From Candidatus Thioglobus sp. (GTDB lineage: Bacteria > Pseudomonadota > Gammaproteobacteria > Arenicellales > UBA868): a DNA stretch of 64,000 nt. How positions within the stretch are numbered: position 1 is the first letter of the stretch; every line of letters begins with the position of its first letter. Under the pieces are notes generated by a model. That model worked only from the letters and a program-made list of their open reading frames with translations. It had not been told where the DNA came from and ran no database searches. The stretch covers positions 11,324-75,323 of the forward strand of contig SHBR01000001.1 of the NCBI GenBank assembly GCA_004212795.1, in the 5' to 3' direction. The position numbers were made by a program, and so were the translations under genes. Below, in pieces: positions 30,741 through 42,808 of the stretch.

Positions 30741-32036
30741 ATGAGCAAAGTTAAAACTTTTGGATTCGATACACTCAGTCTTCACGCGGGTCAGCAACCT
30801 GATCCGGCAACCGGGGCTCGGGCGACGCCCATTTATCAAACCGCCTCTTATGTCTTTAAAAGCCCCGATCATGCAGCGTCGCTCTTTAATGTTGAGCGCG
30901 CGGGTCATGTCTACTCTCGAATTACAAATCCCACCACGGCGGTATTGGAAGAACGAATTGCCGCGCTCGAAGGGGGAGTCGGCGCTATCGCGACTGCCAG
31001 TGGCCAAGCCGCCTGTCATCTCGCTATCGCCACGCTATTGGGTGCAGGAGACCATATCGTTTCATCGAGAGCCATCTATGGCGGAACCCACAACCTGTTG
31101 GACTACACCTTGCCGCGCTTTGGTATTCAAACGACTTTTGTTGATCCGCGGGATCCAGACGCTTTCGCAGCCGCTATTCAACCCAACACCAAACTGCTCT
31201 TCGGTGAAACCCTGGGGAATCCGGGTTTAGATGTGTTGAATATTCCTGCCGTGAGTGATGTGGCACATGCCCACGGGCTTCCTCTCTTAATCGATTCAAC
31301 CTTCACAACCCCTTATCTTTGCCAACCTTTTTCTCTGGGCGCAGATCTTGTATTCCATTCAGCCACCAAGTTTTTAAGTGGTCATGGTGTCATTATTGGC
31401 GGACTGGTCGTGGATAGCGGTGCATTTGACTGGGCAGGGTCCGGAAAATTCCCGACTTTGACTGAACCGTATGAAGGATTTCACAACATGAATTTCGTTG
31501 AGGAATTTGGCCCCGCCGCATTTATTAGTAGAGCCCGAAAAGAAGGCGCCCGCGACTTTGGCGCCTGCATGAGCCCCACAACCGCATTCCAGGTTCTTCA
31601 GGGGATGGAAACGCTACCGCTTCGAATGCAACGTCACATATCAAACACTCGCGCGATCGTTGAGTTTCTTGCCAATCACAAGGCCGTCGAATGGGTCACT
31701 TATCCCGAAAGACCTGATCATCCTGATCACGAACTCGCCCAAAAACTGCTGCCCAAAGGCTGTGGCGCTGTCTTCAGCTTTGGAATAAAAGGCGGACGCG
31801 ATGCCGGTCAGCAGTTTATCAGTCGGGTCGAGCTACTATCCCATTTAGCTAATGTGGGGGATGCCAAATCTCTCGTTATTCATCCCGCCAGCACAACACA
31901 TCATCGAATGGATGCAGCGGCCCTGGAGGCCGCGGGCATTTCAGAGGGGCTCATCCGACTGTCCATCGGTCTCGAAGACGCTGATGATTTAACTGAAGAT
32001 CTGGACCGGGCTTTACGAGCCTCTCAAAAAGGTTAA
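30741..32036 (+). CDS. O-acetylhomoserine aminocarboxypropyltransferase / sulfhydrylase (MetY family)
   Basis: LHAGQ, PIYQT, YSRITNPT, PLP-lysine motif HSATKFLSGHG, HLANVGDAKSLVIHPASTTH. Confidence 0.9.
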   Translation: MSKVKTFGFDTLSLHAGQQPDPATGARATPIYQTASYVFKSPDHAASLFNVERAGHVYSRITNPTTAVLEERIAALEGGVGAIATASGQAACHLAIATLLGAGDHIVSSRAIYGGTHNLLDYTLPRFGIQTTFVDPRDPDAFAAAIQPNTKLLFGETLGNPGLDVLNIPAVSDVAHAHGLPLLIDSTFTTPYLCQPFSLGADLVFHSATKFLSGHGVIIGGLVVDSGAFDWAGSGKFPTLTEPYEGFHNMNFVEEFGPAAFISRARKEGARDFGACMSPTTAFQVLQGMETLPLRMQRHISNTRAIVEFLANHKAVEWVTYPERPDHPDHELAQKLLPKGCGAVFSFGIKGGRDAGQQFISRVELLSHLANVGDAKSLVIHPASTTHHRMDAAALEAAGISEGLIRLSIGLEDADDLTEDLDRALRASQKG

Positions 32037-32041
32037 GCATA

Positions 32042-32830
32042 ATGAAACTTAAAACTTCATTTGGAGACCTATTCGCCTACACCGGCGCAAGGGATCATAA
32101 AAAAGATCAACCGGCGGTTGTTTTTATCCACGGTACAGGAATGGATCATACCGTCTGGGTATTGCCGTCACGTTATTTTGCGCGCCACGGCTTTAATGTT
32201 TTGTCCATCGACCTTCCGGGTCACGGTAAGTCATCAGGAGCATCACCTGAGACGATCGACGAAATGGCAGATGCCGTTATTGAATCGATACAAGTGGCCG
32301 GTATTTCTACCGCTGCAATCGTTGGCCATTCGATGGGATCCCTGGTGGCGCTCAGCGCCGCCGCGCGATATCCCGATCATGCGCGATCGCTTGCCTTGAT
32401 CGGCACGACCGCACCGATGGGTGTCCATCCGGACATGATGGCCTCTGCACAAAAAAATGACCATGATGTCATCGATATGATTACCTACTGGGGTTACAGC
32501 AAATCGGCTCAATTAGGGGGAAATGAAAACCCGGGCATGTGGATGGCGGGCAGCACACTACGCCTTCTTGAAAAAGCAAAAGAGAACGTAATCCACTGCG
32601 ACTTGAAAGCCTGTGAAAATTACGCAACGGGCCTTGAGCACGCGAAATTAGTGCGATGCCCAACGCTGTTCATTCTTGGTGATCGCGATATCATGACCCC
32701 GATGCGCGCCGCGCAAAAAATGGTTGATGTCATGTCAGATGCCAGAGTGTGTCCACTGACAAGAACAGGTCACTCTTTGATGATGGAAAGACCCGATGCT
32801 CTGCTTGATGCCTTAATTACTATCGTTTAG
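32042..32830 (+). CDS. alpha/beta hydrolase
   Basis: FIHG, DLPGHG, nucleophile elbow GHSMG, catalytic His in GHSLMME. Confidence 0.88.
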   Translation: MKLKTSFGDLFAYTGARDHKKDQPAVVFIHGTGMDHTVWVLPSRYFARHGFNVLSIDLPGHGKSSGASPETIDEMADAVIESIQVAGISTAAIVGHSMGSLVALSAAARYPDHARSLALIGTTAPMGVHPDMMASAQKNDHDVIDMITYWGYSKSAQLGGNENPGMWMAGSTLRLLEKAKENVIHCDLKACENYATGLEHAKLVRCPTLFILGDRDIMTPMRAAQKMVDVMSDARVCPLTRTGHSLMMERPDALLDALITIV

Positions 32831-32920
32831 GATTTTGAGCATACGCGCAACGGCGGCGACTAAAAAACCGCCAGCCAAGTCGTCCGGTGATCGCACAGCT
32901 CGCGACAATCCAAATCGCGT

Positions 32921-33562
32921 TTACTGACCCACCTGACTTTCTAAATGCCTGAACGCGGTAGGCGGCACAAGACGCTCCTCAGTCTCGCCAGGTGGCGTCC
33001 AAACAAGCTGGAGTGCTGATGTGCCTTTCTTCTGATAATAATTAATCCAAAGTTCGTACCATCCGGCCTGATCAATCACCAGCGGAAGAACAGGCGACCA
33101 TCGGTTTCCATGAATCTCAGGATCGATCCAAATTTGTTGTCCGCCGATCTTTGCGAGTACACCGTCGTTGGATTCAATCCGAAACTGGTATGCGCCTGCC
33201 GTTTCGAGATGAATAAGGCCTCTGATATGCGCGCCAACCAGCATGGCCTGATTCGCAGTCAACACGTTCCCATCTCGCGTACGATGGGCAATGTTAGCAA
33301 GCGGCTCACCCACCACAGGATTTCGAAGCACCTCAATGTCATTGACGTGAACATAACGCTCATAGGAATAGGTCACTGCAAGACCCACATTTAGGGTAGC
33401 AACATCAGGCTGTGGGTTAAAAGGCGTGGCGCCCATAATCGGTTCCACGGCAAAAGCACCGCCCATCGAAAAAAAAGCGAGTGCGAAAAACCCCATCCGA
33501 CATGCCTTCAACGTCTTGCGGTATACATCATGGGTCCCATATGTGAATCCGACTAATCGCAT
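32921..33562 (-). CDS. secreted PA14-domain protein
   Basis: Signal-like hydrophobic stretch ending GGAFA; G.I..ETAG.YQFRIESNDG, YYQKKGTSALQLVWTPPG pattern. Confidence 0.7.
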   Translation of the reverse strand: MRLVGFTYGTHDVYRKTLKACRMGFFALAFFSMGGAFAVEPIMGATPFNPQPDVATLNVGLAVTYSYERYVHVNDIEVLRNPVVGEPLANIAHRTRDGNVLTANQAMLVGAHIRGLIHLETAGAYQFRIESNDGVLAKIGGQQIWIDPEIHGNRWSPVLPLVIDQAGWYELWINYYQKKGTSALQLVWTPPGETEERLVPPTAFRHLESQVGQ

Positions 33563-33689
33563 ATCAAAGATATCTCCATGCCTAAATAAAAATCACAAAA
33601 GAAAGTCAAAAAAGCGTCGTCGTCGCCAGTTTGCAGTGCTTGCTATTCTATCTATTGATCAAAACAATCACCAAAGTTTAGATTGAACC

Positions 33690-33720
33690 AAAAAAAACCC
33701 CGCCAAAAAGGCGGGGTTTT
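33690..33720 (-). terminator. Rho-independent terminator of groEL
   Basis: AAAACCCCGCC-AAAAA-GGCGGGGTTTT hairpin with a T8 run on the minus strand. Confidence 0.88.
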
Positions 33721-33742
33721 AGATGGCTAGTCGCCGAGCGGT

Positions 33743-35398
<1,656 letters not shown>

Positions 35399-35438
35399 TT
35401 AAAAATTTGCGGTTTGAATTGTCTTAACGAATGCCATG

Positions 35439-35729
35439 CTAGCCTTCGATAACACCCATGATGTCGTCTTCACGCATCACGAGGACTTCTTCACCTTCGA
35501 CTTTGACTTCGGTACCGGAATACTTCCCGAACATCACCTTATCGCCGACGCTGACATCGGGCGTCAGTCGCTCGCCGTTGTCTTGACGCTTCCCGTTACC
35601 AACGGCGAGAACTTCGCCGGTCATCGGCTTCTCGGTTGCTGAATCAGGAATGACGATTCCGCCAGCGCTGGTTCGCTCCTCGTCGAGACGTCGCACTACG
35701 ATACGGTCGTGCAGCGGTCGAATATTCAT
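35439..35729 (-). CDS. groS: co-chaperonin GroES
   Basis: [25 protein letters not shown]. Confidence 0.99.
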   Translation of the reverse strand: MNIRPLHDRIVVRRLDEERTSAGGIVIPDSATEKPMTGEVLAVGNGKRQDNGERLTPDVSVGDKVMFGKYSGTEVKVEGEEVLVMREDDIMGVIEG

Positions 35730-35786
35730 ATGATTTATCTCCTAAAGTTATGAGTAATGGAGGAAAATTTGGCAGACCAACGAACG

Positions 35787-35813
35787 TTAGCACTCAACCA
35801 ATTTGAGTGCTAA
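35787..35813. promoter_or_regulatory. CIRCE element (HrcA operator)
   Basis: Perfect TTAGCACTC-N9-GAGTGCTAA upstream of groES. Confidence 0.97.
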
Positions 35814-35841
35814 TAATAGGGATTACAGACTTAAAGTCAAG
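35813..35841 (-). promoter_or_regulatory. putative groE promoter (sigma32-like, also readable as sigma70)
   Basis: Minus strand CTTGAC-N14-CCCTAT, or TTGACT-N16-TATTAT, directly upstream of the CIRCE. Confidence 0.55.
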
Positions 35842-36029
35842 TCTAAGAGGTAAATTTCTGATCATAATGGCAAAAATACCTGTCTCAAAACCGATAAAAC
35901 GGCAATCATCAACTAGATCCGATCGATAACAGGGTCAGAAGAACGAAGGAAGAATTTATAAAAACTGTATGAAACGCTCGGCTAGCGCAAACAAAAACGT
36001 ATTAATCCCTAACCGTTCTGAAAGTTCGA

Positions 36030-36452
36030 TTAATCATCGAGGCGTCGGAATTCGCCGTCAACGACGTCTCCCGAAGATCTTCTTTGATTTTGGTTAACCG
36101 CGACTGAATGTTTGGAAATCCACACCCGTAACGCCCGCGCCCGTAAAGCGGGCACAAGACATAAGAAACCGAGAGCATCTGTGAAAAATCCGGGGGTAAG
36201 CAGGAAAATCCCGGCAATCAATAAAACCAATCCTTCAAAAACAATGAACGCGGGTCCTTCGGTCGTACCACGCGAGGCGTTGAATTTTGCTAGCGTTGCG
36301 AGTCCCTGCCGCCGAACTAACGCTGCGCCCAGTAATGCCGTCCCGATAACCGCCATAATTGTCCATTGCGCACCGATTTCCTCGCCCACGCTGATGAGCA
36401 GATAAATCTCAAAGATCGGTACGCCAATAAACGCAATAATAAATAACGACAT
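36030..36452 (-). CDS. fxsA: FxsA-family membrane protein
   Basis: PIFEIYLLI.VG, VRRQG, LLTPGFFTD.LG, VVDGEF; upstream of groES. Confidence 0.92.
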   Translation of the reverse strand: MSLFIIAFIGVPIFEIYLLISVGEEIGAQWTIMAVIGTALLGAALVRRQGLATLAKFNASRGTTEGPAFIVFEGLVLLIAGIFLLTPGFFTDALGFLCLVPALRARALRVWISKHSVAVNQNQRRSSGDVVDGEFRRLDD

Positions 36453-36682
36453 AATAAAAGTAAAAAAACGCGCTGCAGCCAACCCAGCCAGAACGCAAGT
36501 TTTGATTAAAGTTCTATTCTAATCCGTCGATGATGATGATGATTAGCCAAACGTTCAAATTACGTGCTTAAATTAGCAATATAAGACCCATATCAGGGAT
36601 TAAAACTGCGGTTTATTTAGGCTGAGTTTTTAAGGCTAATCAAAGCGAATAAGTTATCTCGGGAATCAAAATAGATCCATCA

Positions 36683-38938
36683 ATGAACTACCAATCTGAT
36701 CGCATTCTCAAAGGATTACAGGCTCATATCCTGGCCATTTTTTTTGCGTTTACAAGTTTTACGGCGTTAGGCCAAGACTCAGATGAGTTACTGGAGTCAT
36801 CAGAAGCGTTTGCTTTTTCCACAGAGGTGATCTCTGCCGATCAGGTCGTGGTCAATTGGGCAATCGCGCCTGGGTATTACATGTACCTTGATAAATTCGC
36901 GTTTGACGCAAAGCCAGCGGGTGTTGGTATTTCTAGAATCGATCGTCCCAAGGGCAAAATCAAGAATGATGAATTTTTCGGCGATGTTGAGATTTATGAG
37001 AACGAAGCGAAATTTCAACTGACACTGTCGCGCTTTGCATCAGACCCGGGAACGCTTCTACTTGATGCCGTCGGTCAGGGTTGCAACGAGCCGATCGGGG
37101 TTTGCTATCCGCCTATTCAGCATTCGGTCAGCCTTGATCTGCCAACCTCAGTGGCGTCGAGCAGCAGTGAAATTAACTCCGTCTCGGATCTGCAACAGCT
37201 GCTCGCGATAGGCTCAGGCCAACCCGAATTTCTTGATCCTGATGACGCATTCGTGCTCGAGATCGTCGCTGATTCAAAAGACCAACTGAGCGCCCACTTT
37301 CGTATCGCGCCAGATTACTACCTGTATCGTGACAAAATCAGTTTTGTCGTCGTAGATGGTGCTACCTTGGCCCGCTACACCATTCCGGAAGGCAAAACAA
37401 AACAGGATCCTTATTTTGGCGAGGTGAGCATTTACGAGACCGACGTCAGTTTTACCCTGCCAATTACGTCTAATGAAAACGCCAAAAGCGTCGAACTAAT
37501 CGCGAGTTATCAAGGTTGTGCAGACGCCGGAATCTGCTACCCCCCAATCAAAAAAACGATTTCGGTTTCCCTGCTAAACGCCATCAGCTCCTCCAGCGCT
37601 GATATTAAAGTGGGGTCGTCAGACGCCGTCCCGACAGACCCGTCGACGCCGATACAAAATAGCATCTCGAGCGGCACCTTGATCGGCTATCTGCTCGCGG
37701 CTTTTGGAACCGGCCTTTTATTGAGCTTCACCCCCTGTGTGCTTCCCTTAATACCCATCCTGCTCGGGAGCGTGGTCGGGGAAGCGGGCACAAGCCGCAC
37801 CAGGGCAACCTGGCTTTCGGTTGTCTATGTTTTAGGGACGGCTGTGACTTATGCCGCAATTGGCGCCGTCGCCGGCGCCACCGGGGAACAGTTGCAAGCG
37901 TATTTCCAGAATATCTGGGCGATTGGCATGATTTCCTTGATCCTCAGTATCATGGCACTTTCAATGTTCGGACTGTTTGAGATCCAGATGCCCTCAGCGC
38001 TTCAATCGCGCTTAAGCAGTAGCAGTCGAGGGCTAGGGGGCTCGCCCTTAATGATATTTATCCTTGGCGCCGTATCAGCACTGATTGTTGGCGCTTGTGT
38101 ATCGCCTTTATTAATTTCAATTCTCAGTATCGCCATTCTTGAGGGCGATCCCTGGCTGGGTGGCGCACTCATGTTTGCAATGGCCCTTGGCATGGGACTC
38201 ATTCTGATCATTGCAGGTGCTGGGGCGAACTGGCTCATTCCAAAAAGTGGCGCATGGATGGAACGAGTCAAGCAATCTTTTGGCGTGATGCTGATCGCCG
38301 TTGCGATTTATCTGTTGGGAGCGATCCCCGCTGTCCCCGTCCTACTTCTATGGTCAATCCTTCTTATCGTGACAGGGATATTCCTGGGCGCGATGCGGGA
38401 TACCGGCGAGAATCCTTCGGGACTCACGCTTCTTTACAAAGGGATTGGCACCGTGCTTCTGATCTGGGGCGTATTAGCCATGATTGGCGGTTTCAGTGGA
38501 AACCGCAGCATCTTGTCTCCGATTTCGCTAGGCACCATCGGTATCCCCGGCGCACTCTCAAAACAAGCGGACACAATTCAATTTGAAAAAGTGGCGAATC
38601 TTTCGGAATTAGAACAGGCATTCAATGAGAGTAAATCATCAAAAAAAGCAGTCATACTGGATTTCTACGCCGACTGGTGCACCGACTGCGTGCGAATGGA
38701 AAACACGACTTTTCGAGACGCATCTGTCGTTGCCTCGTTGACCGACTATCGACTGTTAAAAGTTGACGTCACCGATCCTGATGACCATGGCACGGGTCAA
38801 ATCAAGAAACGCTTTGGCGTTTTTGGACCGCCGGCCATGCTATTTTTTGGCACTGATGGAACCGAGCATCGCGATAAACGGATCTACGGTTTCTTGTCCG
38901 CGCCGCAATTTGTTGATCTGATAAAGACACTGAATTAA
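36683..38938 (+). CDS. dsbD: thiol:disulfide interchange protein DsbD with two N-terminal Ig-like domains
   Basis: GCNEPIGVCYPP and GCADAGICYPP; membrane FTPCVLP and GACVSP; thioredoxin domain WCTDC. Confidence 0.93.
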   Translation: MNYQSDRILKGLQAHILAIFFAFTSFTALGQDSDELLESSEAFAFSTEVISADQVVVNWAIAPGYYMYLDKFAFDAKPAGVGISRIDRPKGKIKNDEFFGDVEIYENEAKFQLTLSRFASDPGTLLLDAVGQGCNEPIGVCYPPIQHSVSLDLPTSVASSSSEINSVSDLQQLLAIGSGQPEFLDPDDAFVLEIVADSKDQLSAHFRIAPDYYLYRDKISFVVVDGATLARYTIPEGKTKQDPYFGEVSIYETDVSFTLPITSNENAKSVELIASYQGCADAGICYPPIKKTISVSLLNAISSSSADIKVGSSDAVPTDPSTPIQNSISSGTLIGYLLAAFGTGLLLSFTPCVLPLIPILLGSVVGEAGTSRTRATWLSVVYVLGTAVTYAAIGAVAGATGEQLQAYFQNIWAIGMISLILSIMALSMFGLFEIQMPSALQSRLSSSSRGLGGSPLMIFILGAVSALIVGACVSPLLISILSIAILEGDPWLGGALMFAMALGMGLILIIAGAGANWLIPKSGAWMERVKQSFGVMLIAVAIYLLGAIPAVPVLLLWSILLIVTGIFLGAMRDTGENPSGLTLLYKGIGTVLLIWGVLAMIGGFSGNRSILSPISLGTIGIPGALSKQADTIQFEKVANLSELEQAFNESKSSKKAVILDFYADWCTDCVRMENTTFRDASVVASLTDYRLLKVDVTDPDDHGTGQIKKRFGVFGPPAMLFFGTDGTEHRDKRIYGFLSAPQFVDLIKTLN

Positions 38939-38943
38939 ATAGC

Positions 38944-39465
38944 ATGCGCAAGCGTCGTATGATTTTGGGCGCTCTCATCGGTGGCGCCACCACAGGTGCC
39001 GTGGGATTCTTCTTGGGTAAAAATCTGACTCGCAGCCCTGAACCTTTAGAGCAAGCCGTCCGCTTGCCGCCCTTCTCAATGCCAACATCTTCGGGTGGTT
39101 TATTTCACTCCGACACAATTACAGATCGCGTCATCATTATCAATTTCTGGGCCACCTGGTGCGCACCCTGTCGAAAGGAGATCCCGCTCCTTATCGCAAC
39201 ACAAGCCATTCATAGAGGGTCGATCGCCGTTATCGGCATCGCGATCGATGAGCTTGAAGCGGTTCAGATATTTGAAGATGAAATTGGCCTGGACTACATA
39301 TCTTTGGTTGGAAAAACACCAGCGTTTGCCCTTTTGGAAAAATTTGGAAATTCGGGTCAGTTACCCTTCACCCTGGTATTCGATAAAAGACGCAATTTAC
39401 GGTTTAAAAAAACGGGGGAAATAAAGGCGCACGATATCGATCATTGGGTAAATGCCCTGTTATAA
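38944..39465 (+). CDS. TlpA-family thiol-disulfide oxidoreductase
   Basis: N-terminal hydrophobic anchor, INFWATWCAPCRKEIP, LPFT. Confidence 0.9.
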   Translation: MRKRRMILGALIGGATTGAVGFFLGKNLTRSPEPLEQAVRLPPFSMPTSSGGLFHSDTITDRVIIINFWATWCAPCRKEIPLLIATQAIHRGSIAVIGIAIDELEAVQIFEDEIGLDYISLVGKTPAFALLEKFGNSGQLPFTLVFDKRRNLRFKKTGEIKAHDIDHWVNALL

Positions 39466-39569
39466 AGCCAGCAAAAACGACCGCCGCGAGAATTTGAAAT
39501 ATTAAAAGTTCATCGAAAAACAACCTAAATGCGTGGAAATTGGACATAAATTCTTAAAAACATCAGAAT

Positions 39570-40046
39570 ATGCGGATGGGAGAGAATTCAGCATCAGATA
39601 TCCTGCTTCTTCATGGACCTAATCTAAACCTACTTGGTACCCGGGAGCCTGGAATCTACGGAGACGAAAGTCTCGAAAAGATCAACACCCGTGCGATCAA
39701 ACAGGTCAAGGCCGCGGGGAGATTTCTCGATATTCTGCAGTCAAATCACGAAGGGGAACTCGTGGATCGAGTGCAACGCGCCGGTACCGACGGCACGCGA
39801 TATATCGTGGTCAATCCAGCAGCATTTACACACACCAGTGTCGCTCTAAGAGATGCTTTTTCAGCCGTCAACCTTCCCTTCATCGAAGTACATTTATCCA
39901 ATGTGCACGCTCGGGAAACATTCCGTCGCGACTCTTTTTTCTCAGATCTTGCTCAGGCCGTGATCTGTGGGCTCGGTCCCACTGGTTATGAAGTTGCCCT
40001 AGACGCCGCACTAAGACACCTGGCCTTAGTTCCGAACAAAACGTAA
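39570..40046 (+). CDS. aroQ: type II 3-dehydroquinate dehydratase
   Basis: [35 protein letters not shown]. Confidence 0.97.
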   Translation: MRMGENSASDILLLHGPNLNLLGTREPGIYGDESLEKINTRAIKQVKAAGRFLDILQSNHEGELVDRVQRAGTDGTRYIVVNPAAFTHTSVALRDAFSAVNLPFIEVHLSNVHARETFRRDSFFSDLAQAVICGLGPTGYEVALDAALRHLALVPNKT

Positions 40047-40059
40047 GAAGAACAAGTTT

Positions 40060-40536
40060 ATGGACATACGAAAGATAAAGAAATTAATCGAGATGCTTGA
40101 GGAATCTCAACTCAACGAGATTGAGATCACCGAGGGGGAAGAATCTATTCGATTAAGTCGTTCAGGTCCTGTCGCTCAGATGCTTGCGCCGCCTCCGATG
40201 ATGCCTGCGATGCCGTCGGCTTACACCGCAGATCCAGCCGTTAGCACCCCAGCAACCAGCGCACCAACTGGCGAGCCTGCCTCCGACAGTGGCAGCACGG
40301 TGTGCTCACCGATGGTCGGTACTTTTTACGCGTCACCCAATCCTGACTCAAGTTCGTATGTGGAACTCGGCAGCCAAGTAACCGCGGGCGATACGCTCTG
40401 CATGATTGAAGCGATGAAGATTTTTAATCAAGTTGAGGCAGAAGTGAGCGGTATCGTCCGCAAAATATTAAAAAGCAGTGGTGATCCCGTTGAGTTCGGC
40501 GAAGTTCTTTTTGTGATTGAAGAACAAGGCGTTTAG
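40060..40536 (+). CDS. accB: acetyl-CoA carboxylase biotin carboxyl carrier protein
   Basis: MDIRKIKKLIE, SPMVGTFY, EAMK biotinylation motif. Confidence 0.97.
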   Translation: MDIRKIKKLIEMLEESQLNEIEITEGEESIRLSRSGPVAQMLAPPPMMPAMPSAYTADPAVSTPATSAPTGEPASDSGSTVCSPMVGTFYASPNPDSSSYVELGSQVTAGDTLCMIEAMKIFNQVEAEVSGIVRKILKSSGDPVEFGEVLFVIEEQGV

Positions 40537-40545
40537 CCTCCATCC

Positions 40546-41886
40546 ATGATTGATAAACTGGTGATCGCCAACCGTGGCGAAATCGCGCTTCGCATCCTTC
40601 GGGCTTGTGGCGAACTTGGCATTCGAACGGTCGCACTGCACTCCCAAGCAGACGCAGATACCAAATATGTGCGGCTCGCCTCTGAGTCTGTTTGTATCGG
40701 GCCCGCGCCTGCCGCATTAAGTTACCTAAATATCCCGGCGGTTATTGCAGCCGCAGAAGTCACCGACGCCACAGCGATTCATCCCGGTTACGGTTTTCTC
40801 GCTGAAAACGCCGACTTTGCTGAGCGCGTGGAACAGAGCGGTTTCATTTTTATTGGCCCTTCTGCTGAAACCATTCGGCTGATGGGCGACAAAATTTCAG
40901 CAATCGCTGCGATGAAGGCATCGGGCGTTCCCTGCGTGCCGGGGTCGGATGGATCACTGCCTGATGATTCAGATGAAATCATGCGTATTGCTTCTGATAT
41001 CGGCTATCCGATTATCATCAAAGCAACGGCCGGCGGAGGAGGAAAAGGCATGCGCGTCGTCCACACGGAAGCTGCGCTACTTAATGCTTGGCAGTTAACA
41101 CGAAGCGAGGCCCAAGCCGCTTTTGGTAATGACACGGTCTATATGGAGCGCTACCTCGAGAAACCCCGACATGTCGAATTCCAGGTGCTTGCCGACACCT
41201 ACGGTGAAGTGGTCGTTCTAGGAGATCGAGACTGTTCAATGCAGCGGCGTCATCAGAAAGTTCTGGAGGAGGCACCGGCGCCCGGAATCCCCGATGACGT
41301 GCGACATGATATGAACGAAAGATGCGCCAACGCCTGCCGCGAAATAGGCTACCGAGGCGCCGGCACTTTTGAATTTCTTTATGAGAATGGCGAGTTTTTC
41401 TTTATTGAGATGAACACGCGACTTCAGGTCGAGCATCCTGTCACCGAGTTGATCACCGGAGTCGATATCGTGCGCGAGCAGATCAAAATCGCGGCCGGAG
41501 AACCGCTGAGCATTAAACAAGCTGATGTCAGGATTCGCGGGCATGCCGTCGAATGCCGAATTAACGCGGAGAACTCCGAGACTTTTCTGCCCTCGCCCGG
41601 GAAAATTACCCAATATCACCAGCCCGGTGGCCCAGGAATTCGTGTTGACTCTCATATCTTCAATAACTACAAAGTGCCGCCTTACTACGATTCGATGATC
41701 GCCAAGGTCATCGCTTATGGTGAGAATCGTGATCAAGCGATTCAGCGTATGAGCGGCGCACTGCGAGAGATGGTCATAGAGGGAATTGACACCAATATCA
41801 GCCTCCAGCAGCGTCTGGTCGATGATGCCGCATTCCGACAGCGGGCCCTCGATATCCACTACCTCGAACGCCAGCTTTTCCCTTAG
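40546..41886 (+). CDS. accC: acetyl-CoA carboxylase biotin carboxylase
   Basis: [43 protein letters not shown]. Confidence 0.98.
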   Translation: MIDKLVIANRGEIALRILRACGELGIRTVALHSQADADTKYVRLASESVCIGPAPAALSYLNIPAVIAAAEVTDATAIHPGYGFLAENADFAERVEQSGFIFIGPSAETIRLMGDKISAIAAMKASGVPCVPGSDGSLPDDSDEIMRIASDIGYPIIIKATAGGGGKGMRVVHTEAALLNAWQLTRSEAQAAFGNDTVYMERYLEKPRHVEFQVLADTYGEVVVLGDRDCSMQRRHQKVLEEAPAPGIPDDVRHDMNERCANACREIGYRGAGTFEFLYENGEFFFIEMNTRLQVEHPVTELITGVDIVREQIKIAAGEPLSIKQADVRIRGHAVECRINAENSETFLPSPGKITQYHQPGGPGIRVDSHIFNNYKVPPYYDSMIAKVIAYGENRDQAIQRMSGALREMVIEGIDTNISLQQRLVDDAAFRQRALDIHYLERQLFP

Positions 41887-41904
41887 TGCATCACCCTTAG
41901 CAGC

Positions 41905-42792
41905 GTGGCCCATTCAGACCCGTCAAATTGGATACGCATCTCAATCACCACTGCGGGTCACTCGGCCGGACGCGTTGACGAAATCCTTCACGGCCTAGGC
42001 GCCTTGGCGATTACTCACGTCGACGCGGGCGACTCGCCCCAATTCGACGGCGCCACGCCAAACGATCCGTGCTGGACCCAACAAATTATCTCCGGTCTTT
42101 TCGAATCCGGAATCCGCACATCACCCATTCTTGAGACACTGAAGCAGGTGTTGGGCCCGTCGTGTCATCCTGTCATCGAGGAATTTCCAGATAGAGACTG
42201 GGAATTGTCCGGCCGGGAAAACTTTCCGCCTTTAAAAGTGAGCGACCGTCTTTGGGTTTGCCCGCCCTGGGAGCCGTCTTCGGCAGCTCGCGGCCTGGAA
42301 ATTATCATCACCCCGGGGCTTGCCTTTGGAACAGGAACGCACCCTACCACTCAGCTATGCTTACGGACACTCGAGCACCTTAACGTCGACAATCAAACCA
42401 TTCTGGATTTCGGCTGTGGCTCTGGTGTTCTAGCGATAGCCGGACTCGCGATGGGCGGTCAGCACGCCATCGGCGTAGACCTTGACCCGCGCGCCCTAAC
42501 GGCCAGTCGTGAAAATGCGGCGCTCAATGACGTCGAGAAGAATCTTACCGTGATGACGCCAGAAGAAATCGACCCCGACTCCCAATTTGATATTGTGATT
42601 GCCAATATTCTTGCCGGAACCATTATTGAGCTCGCCACCAAACTGAATCGCCACCTCAAAACCGGAGGGCAACTCATACTCAGCGGAATCCTAGAGTCCC
42701 AGGCTGACCGGGTACAAAACGTCTTCCCGCAGTACAATCTAGCGCTCGACCGACAAGAGGAATGGGTTGTCCTACACGGGTCGCGTAACTGA
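41905..42792 (+). CDS. prmA: ribosomal protein L11 methyltransferase
   Basis: PGLAFGTGTHPTT, LDFGCGSGVL, ANILA, LSGIL; GTG start. Confidence 0.95.
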   Translation: MAHSDPSNWIRISITTAGHSAGRVDEILHGLGALAITHVDAGDSPQFDGATPNDPCWTQQIISGLFESGIRTSPILETLKQVLGPSCHPVIEEFPDRDWELSGRENFPPLKVSDRLWVCPPWEPSSAARGLEIIITPGLAFGTGTHPTTQLCLRTLEHLNVDNQTILDFGCGSGVLAIAGLAMGGQHAIGVDLDPRALTASRENAALNDVEKNLTVMTPEEIDPDSQFDIVIANILAGTIIELATKLNRHLKTGGQLILSGILESQADRVQNVFPQYNLALDRQEEWVVLHGSRN

Positions 42793-42808
42793 AGCTCTCG
42801 ATTACCTC

